Shown here: piece after piece, positions 9,315-17,536 of the stretch
Layout: each line of letters opens with the position of its first letter
Numbering within the stretch: the stretch's first letter is position 1
From: Butyrivibrio sp.
GTDB lineage: Bacteria > Bacillota > Clostridia > Lachnospirales > Lachnospiraceae
DNA length: 64,000 nt
Reading direction: 5' to 3'
NCBI GenBank assembly: GCA_022486625.1
Contig: JAKVKH010000021.1
Coordinates: forward strand, 1,008 to 65,007
Program-made: the position numbers and the translations under genes
The notes under the pieces: model-generated
Database searches by the model: none
Told to the model about the DNA's origin: nothing
What the model saw: the letters and a program-made list of their open reading frames with translations, nothing else

Positions 9315-11788
9315 TACTGATTCTCCTTACCCTTTTTCTTTGCTGCTGTCTTTTTTGCTGCTGTCTTTTTTGCTGCAGGCTTTTTGACTGCAGTCTTTCT
9401 GGCAGGCTTTTCTTCCGACACAATACTGAAAATCTTCTCTTCTTCGATCTTCACATACTTGTCCTGAATGGCTTTTTCCTGCTCGGCAAGCTCTTCTTCA
9501 TACTTTTTCTTCAGTTCTTCCAGGAGCTTTGCTTCTTCCTGTGCATGCTGATCCAGAAGTGCCTGCCTCCCCGCTTCCTGCTCCTGTTCCATCTTCAGCT
9601 GTGCTTCTTCCCTGATCTTGCGGATCTGCTTCTCCTGCTCTGTATAAGCAGTAAACGAGAATACGCCAAGAGAAAGCGGTGCCATGTGAACGTTGATGGA
9701 ATACTGCCTTCCATCGCATTCTCTGCGTACAGGCTCGATCTCATTACGGTTCACGATACCCTTTCCGCCATAGGACACGTCATCGGTATTGAGTATTTCC
9801 TGATATCGTCCGTCACTTGGAACGCCTACAGTAAACTCACGTTCCACGCCTGCCATGTTCATCACAACGAGCAGTACATCATCATCATTTCTGCCCCTGC
9901 GAAGGAAAGAAAGCATACACAGATCCGCTGCCATGCAGTTGATCCAGTCAAATCCCTCTTCTGAACTGTCATACTCATAAAGGGCCGGATGGTCAAAATA
10001 CATCCGGTTTAAGTCACTCATGAAACGCTCCAGTCTCTGTGCTTTTTCACCTGAAAGAGAATATTTTCCGGGGTAAAACATTTTTTTACCCGGATGTGTC
10101 ATCAGATAAGCCAGGGACATTCTAACGCCGGCTTCCTCCTGCACTTCATCTCCCGGCATCATGGATTTGAGCGCATCATATCCGCCGATATCCTCATGGG
10201 AAAAGGTCAGAATAAATTTCTCCGTGTAACTGTAAATCATACTGAACGTCAGCTCATTATGATGTGCAGAACGGTAGATCGGATCATTCTGAATATAGCC
10301 CAGATAATCATGTGTCCATCCGTTGTTCCACTTATAGTCAAAACCAAGACCGCCGTTTTCCTGTGAATCTGTCAGCTGCGGCCAGCACGCTGTTTCCTTC
10401 GTGATCATGAGAATTCCCGGATCCACTTTGTTCACCATGGATACCAGATGCTTCACAAATTCAACTGCTTCAAGGTTCTCATTTCCGCCGTAGACATTCG
10501 GTGTCCATTCTCCCGGTTTGCGGTCATAATCAAGGTACAGTGCCTTGGAAATATCCGTCAGGCGCAGTCCGTCTGCATGGAAATTCTCAAGCCAGAACAG
10601 TGCACAGCTCAGCAGGTAGTTGGTCACCTGCTTTCTGCCGTAGTCAAAGATCAACCTGTCTGTACCCGGCTGTATGCCTTTTCTGGAATCTGCATATTCA
10701 TACAGGCTCTCTCCATCATAGCAGGCAAGCCCGATTTCCGTCTTCTGGAAAAAAGTGACCGGCAGATCCAGAATGACACGGATCTGTGCCTTATGCATCT
10801 CATTGACAAATGCCATGAAGTCCTGCGGCGTACCATAGCCTGACTTCAGTGCAAAATAGCCTGTCACATCATACTTGTGCTGATCCGTATGCTCCATAAC
10901 CGGAATCAGTTCGATCGCATTATAACCGCAGGACTTCACATGCTGCAGCACATGGATCGCGAGATTTCTGTAATTTGCGTTTTCTCCCGTCTGAATGCAT
11001 TTTTCTGCAAAAGTATCCAGGGTAATCTCGCAGATGGAAAGCGGTGATTCCTGTTTATCATATTTTTTGCGTGCATTCATCCAGCTGTCATCTTCCCAGG
11101 AAATTGTGCCGATCTCACTGACAATAGAAACCGCACCGGTAGAGTCCTTACACCTGAGTGCATACGGATCCGGTCGTTTAAAGCAAAGCCCGCTCTTAAG
11201 TCTGATCTCATACTGATACTCATCCCCGACATTGACTTTCGGAACAAAAATCTCAAATATGCCGGTCGGTTCAAGTCTCCGCATCTGATCAATGCGACCA
11301 TCCCAGTTATTAAAATTCCCGACAACACTGACGCGTGCTGCTTCCGGTGCCCATACGGCAAAATTCACGCCGACAACTCCGTCTCGTTCCATCGGATGCC
11401 CGCCCAGTCTGCTGTCAATATGATAGTGAATGCCGCTGTTAAATTTGATGCAGTCTTCTCTGCCCAGGAGCGGTTCAAACACATACGGATCGTTTTCAGA
11501 AGTCACATTTCCGTCTGCTGTTGTTATTTCATAATGATACTGTGTGCCCTCCCTGATCGGAACCAGTACAGCATAAAATCCGGCATCATCTGCCAGTTCC
11601 ATTTCATACTTTTTACCACTGATTTCGCTGACCACTTCAATTTTTGAAACATTCGGATGAAACGTCTGGATCAGAAACGCATTTCCCACCTTGTGCGCGC
11701 CCAGAATCCGGTGCGGATTGTCTCCGTCTGAATAAATGATTTCCTCAATTTCTGGCCAGTTCATAAGTTTATAGAGTTTACTATTCAC
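9314..11788 (-). CDS. GlgB-like GH13 protein with substituted catalytic residues, C-terminal coiled coil and Lys/Ala-rich tail
   Basis: GlgB N-terminus, CBM48 (GVNFAVWAPEAARVSVVGNFNNWDG), GH13 barrel; regions II/III/IV read RLTD, ITKET, SHEDI. Confidence 0.85.
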   Translation of the reverse strand: MNSKLYKLMNWPEIEEIIYSDGDNPHRILGAHKVGNAFLIQTFHPNVSKIEVVSEISGKKYEMELADDAGFYAVLVPIREGTQYHYEITTADGNVTSENDPYVFEPLLGREDCIKFNSGIHYHIDSRLGGHPMERDGVVGVNFAVWAPEAARVSVVGNFNNWDGRIDQMRRLEPTGIFEIFVPKVNVGDEYQYEIRLKSGLCFKRPDPYALRCKDSTGAVSIVSEIGTISWEDDSWMNARKKYDKQESPLSICEITLDTFAEKCIQTGENANYRNLAIHVLQHVKSCGYNAIELIPVMEHTDQHKYDVTGYFALKSGYGTPQDFMAFVNEMHKAQIRVILDLPVTFFQKTEIGLACYDGESLYEYADSRKGIQPGTDRLIFDYGRKQVTNYLLSCALFWLENFHADGLRLTDISKALYLDYDRKPGEWTPNVYGGNENLEAVEFVKHLVSMVNKVDPGILMITKETACWPQLTDSQENGGLGFDYKWNNGWTHDYLGYIQNDPIYRSAHHNELTFSMIYSYTEKFILTFSHEDIGGYDALKSMMPGDEVQEEAGVRMSLAYLMTHPGKKMFYPGKYSLSGEKAQRLERFMSDLNRMYFDHPALYEYDSSEEGFDWINCMAADLCMLSFLRRGRNDDDVLLVVMNMAGVEREFTVGVPSDGRYQEILNTDDVSYGGKGIVNRNEIEPVRRECDGRQYSINVHMAPLSLGVFSFTAYTEQEKQIRKIREEAQLKMEQEQEAGRQALLDQHAQEEAKLLEELKKKYEEELAEQEKAIQDKYVKIEEEKIFSIVSEEKPARKTAVKKPAAKKTAAKKTAAKKKGKENQ

Positions 11789-11899
11789 AGTCGGATCTCC
11801 TTATCTGAATTATTTTCTGATAAAGCTCTGTCATTTTTGCACCTATGACGTCGCATCATAAGTTGCCGGGCAAAATGAACCCTCATAAATTTGCTCATA

Positions 11900-13150
11900 T
11901 CATATTTTATCATTAATTGCATGAATAAATAACCCACTAAGAAGTTTTGGTTCAAACCAGGTAGATTTCGGCGGCATCAGTCTGCCGGCATCCGCTACGG
12001 CAAACAGTTCATGAATGGATGTCGGGAACATTGCAAATGCAACTCTCATATCTTCATGGCATCTGCGCTCCAGTTCAGAAAGTCCGCGAATTCCACCGAT
12101 AAAGTCAATTCTCTCATCTGTTCTGGGATCGCCGATTCCAAGTACCGGACCAAGAAGTTCATTTTGCAGCACGGAAACGTCAAGTCCGTCCACCGCATCG
12201 TCTTTCCGAATGTCTTCATGTGCTTTCAGAAGATACCAGTGCTCATCCAGATACATGCCAAACATTCCTTTTCCTTCCGGCTTTACCGGGCTGTTCTGCA
12301 TTTTCATCACATCAAATTTTGCAGAAATCTTCTTCATAAATGTTTCTGTATCAAGACCGTTTAAATCTTTCACCACGCGGTTATAGTCCATGATCATCAA
12401 CTGGGAATCCGGAAAAAGGACAGAGAGAAAAAAGTCATATTCCTTCTGCCCGGTCGGATGCATATCCTGCGCTCTTCTGGACAGCCCGACCTTCACTGCG
12501 GAAGCACATCTGTGATGCCCGTCCGCAATATATATTTCCTGCATCCCGGCAAACGCATTCTGTAAAAGACTGATATCTTCCTTATGATTCACGGCCCAGA
12601 TCCGGTTATGTACCTGATCGGATGAAGTAAATTCATAAAGCGTTTTCTGTGTATGACAGATTTTTTCCACACAGGCATCAATTACCCTGTTTTCCCTGTA
12701 ACAGAGGAAAATCGGTCCGGTCTGTGCATTGCATGCATCCACATGACGGATTCTGTCCTGTTCCTTTTCCTGTCTGGTATTCTCATGCTTCCTGATGACG
12801 CCGTTTATATAATCGTCAATTGCAGCACAGCCCACGATTCCCGTCTGTATCCGTCCATCCATGTTCTGTTCATAAATATAATATTCTGCAGTTTCATCCT
12901 GCTCAAAAGTGCCCTCTGCAATCCTGTCCCGGAGCATATCATGTGCTTTCTGATAAACCCGGTCTGCATACATGTCGCAGTCCGGTGCAAACTGTGTCTC
13001 CGGTCTGTCGATTGTCAGAAAGGACATGGGTTCACGCGCCGTTTCCTTTCGTGCCTCTTCTCTGTTATAAACATCATATGGAAGTGCTGCCACGCGGGAT
13101 GCATATGCACCCTGCGGACGGATTGCCTTAAACGGTCTGATCTGTGCCAT
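11900..13150 (-). CDS. DUF1015 family protein (ParB/Srx-like)
   Basis: MAQIRPFKA start after an AGGAG SD; PYDV, HENT, IADGHHR, MPPKSTWFEPK motifs. Confidence 0.88.
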   Translation of the reverse strand: MAQIRPFKAIRPQGAYASRVAALPYDVYNREEARKETAREPMSFLTIDRPETQFAPDCDMYADRVYQKAHDMLRDRIAEGTFEQDETAEYYIYEQNMDGRIQTGIVGCAAIDDYINGVIRKHENTRQEKEQDRIRHVDACNAQTGPIFLCYRENRVIDACVEKICHTQKTLYEFTSSDQVHNRIWAVNHKEDISLLQNAFAGMQEIYIADGHHRCASAVKVGLSRRAQDMHPTGQKEYDFFLSVLFPDSQLMIMDYNRVVKDLNGLDTETFMKKISAKFDVMKMQNSPVKPEGKGMFGMYLDEHWYLLKAHEDIRKDDAVDGLDVSVLQNELLGPVLGIGDPRTDERIDFIGGIRGLSELERRCHEDMRVAFAMFPTSIHELFAVADAGRLMPPKSTWFEPKLLSGLFIHAINDKI

Positions 13151-13195
13151 AACTTTTTCTCCTTTGTGTAAGTAGTGTCCGTATACAGTCGGAAA

Positions 13196-13220
13196 GGGCA
13201 GCCACAAACTGTGACTGCCC
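13196..13220 (-). terminator. Hairpin between serA and DUF1015 (weak terminator or stability element)
   Basis: GGGCAG..CTGCCC stem with only a short T tract. Confidence 0.4.
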
Positions 13221-13252
13221 CTGTTTACCTGAGTTTACTGCCATTCACTTTT

Positions 13253-14422
13253 TCAGAATGCCTTTCTGATTACTCTGACGCGGTATACACCGTCGATCTT
13301 TGAAAGCTTCTTTACAAGTTCATCTGTAATGTCCTTTTCGCAGTCGATCATGGTATATGCCACATCTCCTCTGGACTTATTGGTCATATCAGAAATGTTA
13401 TAACCTGCTCCGCCGATTTCGTTGGTGAACTGGCTGATCATGTTGGCAATATTTTTATGGAAAATAGCGATTCTGGGCTTTGTGCAGATTCCCATATCGC
13501 AGTTCGGATAATTCACACTGTTACTAATATTACCATTTTCAAGATAATTCATCATCTCAATAACTGCCTTGACTGCACAGTTATCCTCGGACTCCTCTGT
13601 GGAAGCGCCCAGATGCGGAATTACGATGCAGCCGTCATGACCTGCTATTGTAGCGTTCGGGAAATCCGTTACATACTTGCGAATCTTACCGGAATTGATA
13701 CCGGCCAGAACATCTGCCTCGTTCGCAAGAATATCTCTTGCCAGATTCAGAAGGATGACACCCTTTTTCATCTTTGCAATTGCTTCTGCATTGATCATGC
13801 CCTTTGTGGCATCCATTGCAGGTACATGAATGGTAATGATATCGCACTTGGAATAGATATCATCAACATTGGTGACATGCTTGACATCACTGGAAAGGCT
13901 CCATGCCGCATCTACTGACAGGTAGGGATCATAGCCGTATACATCCATGCCAAGATTCTTGGCTGCGTTGGCAACACGGACACCGATAGCACCAAGGCCG
14001 ATGATTCCGAGCTTTTTACCCATGATTTCAGTTCCTGCGAACTTCTTCTTGGATTTCTCCGTCAGCTTTGCAATATCCGGATCTCCGGCATTTGCCTTTA
14101 CCCATTCCACGCCGCCGATGATGTCACGGGAAGCCAGCAGCATTGCCGCCAGTACCATTTCCTTTACGCCGTTTGCATTTGCTCCCGGTGTATTGAAAAC
14201 CACGATACCTTTTTCCGCGCACTTCTCAAGCGGAATATTGTTGACACCGGCACCGGCACGTGCGATGCACATGAGCTTATCCGAGAACTCCATATCCAGC
14301 ATGTTGGCACTTCTGACCAGAATGCCTTCTGCCTCGTCCACATCATCTACAGCACTGAACTGATCGGAAAAATTATTCAGACCGATCTTTGCGATCGGAT
14401 TTAAGCATTTATACTGATACAT
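13253..14422 (-). CDS. serA: D-3-phosphoglycerate dehydrogenase with C-terminal ACT domain
   Basis: RAGAGVNNIP, LGIIGLGAIG, PHLGASTEESE; downstream of serC. Confidence 0.93.
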   Translation of the reverse strand: MYQYKCLNPIAKIGLNNFSDQFSAVDDVDEAEGILVRSANMLDMEFSDKLMCIARAGAGVNNIPLEKCAEKGIVVFNTPGANANGVKEMVLAAMLLASRDIIGGVEWVKANAGDPDIAKLTEKSKKKFAGTEIMGKKLGIIGLGAIGVRVANAAKNLGMDVYGYDPYLSVDAAWSLSSDVKHVTNVDDIYSKCDIITIHVPAMDATKGMINAEAIAKMKKGVILLNLARDILANEADVLAGINSGKIRKYVTDFPNATIAGHDGCIVIPHLGASTEESEDNCAVKAVIEMMNYLENGNISNSVNYPNCDMGICTKPRIAIFHKNIANMISQFTNEIGGAGYNISDMTNKSRGDVAYTMIDCEKDITDELVKKLSKIDGVYRVRVIRKAF

Positions 14423-14437
14423 ATCTTTATCTCCTCT

Positions 14438-15520
14438 TTACTGGTTGTTTTTCTCAAATTCTTCCATGAATGCAACAAGCTTTGCCACACCTTCCTTCGG
14501 CATTGCATTGTAAATGCTGGCTCTCATACCGCCTACGGTTCTGTGTCCCTTAAGGCTTACAAAACCTGCTTTTGTTGCTTCTGCAATGAACTTTGCATTC
14601 AGTTCGTCACTGTCTGTGACAAACGGTACGTTCATAAGAGAACGGTCTTCCTTGCGGACAGTACCCTTGAACATATTGCTCTGATCAAGGAAATCATAAA
14701 GGATGGCTGCCTTCTCTTCATTTCTCTTCTTCATCTCGGAAAGACCGCCCTGTGCCTTCAGCCATTTAAATACCAGACCGCACATGTAAATACTCCAGCA
14801 GTTCGGTGTGTTATATAAAGATCCGTTGTCCGCCTGTGTCTTGAACTTCAGCATCGTCGGGCAAAACGGCATGACATCATCACGGATCAGATCCTCACGG
14901 ATAATACTGATTACCATACCTGCAGGACCCACATTCTTCTGCACGCCGCCGTAGATGATGCCATATTTGGAAACATCCACAGGCTCGGACAGGAAGCAGG
15001 AGGAAACATCTGCAACAAGATCATGCCCCTTTGTATTCGGGAGTGTATGGAACTTCGTCCCGTAAATCGTATTATTCTCACAGATATAAACATAATCCGC
15101 ATCCGCCGGAATATCCAGATCAGAACAGTCCGGAATATATGAGAAGGTCTTATCGGCACTTGATGCAACTGCAATCGCTTCGCCATACTTCTGTGCTTCC
15201 TGATAAGCTTTCTTTGCCCACTGACCGGTAATCACATACGCAGCCTTCTTATTCTTCATCAGGTTCATCGGAATTGCAGCAAACTGCTGACTCGCACCGC
15301 CCTGAAGGAAAAGCACCTTATAATTGTCCGGAATATTCATCAGATCACGGATATCCTGCTCTGCTGTCTGAATCACACTGTCAAAGGTCTTGGAACGATG
15401 ACTCATCTCATTGATTGACATTCCGCATCCCTGATAATCAAGCATCTCGCTCGCTGCCTGTTTCAAAACCTCTTCCGGTAAAACTGCCGGACCTGCTGAA
15501 AAATTATAAACTCGTGACAT
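14438..15520 (-). CDS. serC: Phosphoserine aminotransferase
   Basis: YNFSAGPAVLP, GGVQKNVGPAG (PLP Lys), GHRTVGGMRASIYNA. Confidence 0.97.
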   Translation of the reverse strand: MSRVYNFSAGPAVLPEEVLKQAASEMLDYQGCGMSINEMSHRSKTFDSVIQTAEQDIRDLMNIPDNYKVLFLQGGASQQFAAIPMNLMKNKKAAYVITGQWAKKAYQEAQKYGEAIAVASSADKTFSYIPDCSDLDIPADADYVYICENNTIYGTKFHTLPNTKGHDLVADVSSCFLSEPVDVSKYGIIYGGVQKNVGPAGMVISIIREDLIRDDVMPFCPTMLKFKTQADNGSLYNTPNCWSIYMCGLVFKWLKAQGGLSEMKKRNEEKAAILYDFLDQSNMFKGTVRKEDRSLMNVPFVTDSDELNAKFIAEATKAGFVSLKGHRTVGGMRASIYNAMPKEGVAKLVAFMEEFEKNNQ

Positions 15521-15570
15521 TTCCTCTTCCTCCTGATTCGCAAAAAGAACTGTTTCAAAACTTATTTTTC

Positions 15571-15598
15571 ATTCTATTCCTATTTCATTTTTTGTCAA
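15571..15598 (-). promoter_or_regulatory. Proximal sigma70 promoter of serC
   Basis: TTGACA-N16-TAGAAT. Confidence 0.55.
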
Positions 15599-15729
15599 TA
15601 TCGTCATTTCATAATTAATGTTATTTTATTTTTTAAAATGTAAATATTGCCAGTTTTATTTTTTCGTTTTTGTCTATTTTTTAATTTTATATTGCATACT
15701 TATTCTCGTTATGCATAAAAAATATTAAT

Positions 15730-15758
15730 TTTATAATGTATTTAACAGTATTTATCAA
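15730..15758 (-). promoter_or_regulatory. Possible distal sigma70 promoter of serC
   Basis: TTGATA-N17-TATAAA in an AT-rich stretch. Confidence 0.4.
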
Positions 15759-15978
15759 TTTCAGGTTGCCGATCATGATGTATTTTATTCATTTCTCTTT
15801 TTCTTGTATTTCTATTTTTCGATCTGTCATTATACAATTATCATCCACATTTTCTGACATCTTTTTCAGATTTTTCTTTGCTGTTTTTTCAAAAAAATTC
15901 AATTATAAAGTAACCATACTCAAGAACCAGGCATTCATCTTCTCCCGCCTCTTCTGCCACTTAAAAGAGACGACAAAA

Positions 15979-15997
15979 GAACCCGCTTCGCGGGTTC
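15979..15997 (-). terminator. Intrinsic terminator closing the leuB...GT2/GtrA unit and the structured element
   Basis: GAACCCGC-GAA-GCGGGTTC followed by TTTTG on the minus strand. Confidence 0.75.
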
Positions 15998-16405
15998 CGC
16001 AATACAAAACAGCAGCCATGCTCATTTTCAAGCCATGACTGCCGTTCCAATATCCATACAATATTCAATCCATCCAGATTCACAACACCAGCGGGAACAG
16101 CGAAGCGCCTTCCCGTACTATCTCCACACAAGTCAGCGGGAACAGCGAAGCGCCTTCCCACGTCCCTGCCGCGAAGTCCGTGTCGCAAAACACAACCAGG
16201 AATGCGGTTCATCACCGGACGCGCCCATGGAAACGGAGGCGAAACGATTTGCAACAAGCCGCCCCTCTGCAGGCGCCGGTACTTGCGCCGCGTCCTCCAG
16301 CGGTGCTTAGTACCGCTGCGACCTGCAGCGGAGCGAAAGCGCGGCGGCGGATGCAAACGTTTTGCCAAAGGCCCACAGGCTCACCTGTCCTCCGCCGCAT
16401 TCCGT
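15998..16405 (-). ncRNA. Candidate structured non-coding element (ncRNA or REP/MITE-like)
   Basis: GC-rich island with many nested inverted repeats, no credible ORF, terminator at the 3' end; strand is inferred from the terminator. Confidence 0.45.
16089..16159. repeat. Two identical 26-bp palindromic direct repeats, 19-bp spacer
   Basis: CAGCGGGAACAGCGAAGCGCCTTCCC at 16089-16114 and 16134-16159. Confidence 0.95.
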
Positions 16406-16408
16406 CCC

Positions 16409-17500
16409 CTACTTATACACGAACTCGCGGCAAAAGTAATAACTGAAGAAGAAAAGGCAGAAGTCAACCGGAATCTTGAAAAGAACTTCCGGTCCGCCAA
16501 TCAGCCAGTGCAGGAGCGAAACCGCTGCCGCGCTCATTGCCATCTGCACAATGCAGAGCATAACCCACCTGGCAAACGAAGCTGTCTGTGAACTACGTGT
16601 TCGGAATACAATCCGGTAGTTCAGACGGTAATTCACTGTTGCAGAAAAGACACGTGCCGTTGCCGTTGCAAGTGCAACATATAACTGTGTTTTTTCCAGT
16701 ACGCTTACACCGTCATATATATTGCAGAATACCGTAAACAGAATCAGATCGACAACACTTGCCACCAGTGACGTATAAATATATGCCGCAAAAGACAGAT
16801 AAATCGGAAGATTATCCTTCAGTGTCCGTAAATGTGTCAGATTTCTTCTTGCAGAATATCTGGTCTTTAAATTCACTTCTCTGACACTGACAGAATATTT
16901 CTTACAATTAATCAGTGTGTTTGTGTCAAACTCATACCGCTCTCCTCTGACATTCATGAGTTTTTTCATATAGGCTGCCGGAATTCCGCGAAGACCTGAC
17001 TGTGCATCCGTTACCATGATCCCGACCAGATAATGAAATGACAGCTGCAGTACCTTGTTTCCAATTCTCGATTTTCTGGGCATTGATGTCGCATCAAGTA
17101 TTCTTTTTCCCAGAATCAGATCTGTCGGATGCTCAATCAGTTCATTCATCACCGCCAGTATGTCCTCTACAGGAAAACTCCCTCTGCAGTCCATCGTCAC
17201 GCAACCGACTGCATCTGTCTGCTCGCACAGAATCAGATTAAATGCGCTTTTCAGTGCTCTGCCTTTTCCCATATTTACCACATGTCTGATTACACAGCAC
17301 CCGTATGTTTCCTGGGCTGTTCTGAAAATATTCTGATATTGTTCCCCGCTCCCGTCATCAACAACAATAATATTATTTATATTATTCTGCTTCAAACGCT
17401 CAATCAGGCTGATCAGTTCTTCATCCGGCTGATATGCCGGAATAACAATTGGAAACCGATTATATACCGCTGATTCTTTTTTCATTTCTCTCAGTTCCAT
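16409..17500 (-). CDS. Bifunctional GT2 glycosyltransferase / GtrA-family protein
   Basis: IVIPAYQP, VVDDGSG, NMGKGRALK, DAQSGLRG, then a 4-TM GtrA-like C-terminus. Confidence 0.88.
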   Translation of the reverse strand: MELREMKKESAVYNRFPIVIPAYQPDEELISLIERLKQNNINNIIVVDDGSGEQYQNIFRTAQETYGCCVIRHVVNMGKGRALKSAFNLILCEQTDAVGCVTMDCRGSFPVEDILAVMNELIEHPTDLILGKRILDATSMPRKSRIGNKVLQLSFHYLVGIMVTDAQSGLRGIPAAYMKKLMNVRGERYEFDTNTLINCKKYSVSVREVNLKTRYSARRNLTHLRTLKDNLPIYLSFAAYIYTSLVASVVDLILFTVFCNIYDGVSVLEKTQLYVALATATARVFSATVNYRLNYRIVFRTRSSQTASFARWVMLCIVQMAMSAAAVSLLHWLIGGPEVLFKIPVDFCLFFFSYYFCREFVYK

Positions 17501-17536
17501 TCTATTTTATCCCGTAAAGGGTATTTGCCAGATCAA

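Noticed and set aside
15521-15960. T-box or riboswitch upstream of serC
   Set aside because: AT-rich with no T-box consensus (AAGGTGGAACC-like) and no recognisable aptamer or terminator pair
16089-16159. Mini CRISPR array
   Set aside because: Only two repeats, the 19-bp spacer is too short, and there are no cas genes or leader nearby
15961-16591. ORFs of 62-135 aa overlapping the structured element
   Set aside because: Arg/Ala/Pro-rich translations typical of GC-rich palindromic DNA, no SD, mutually overlapping
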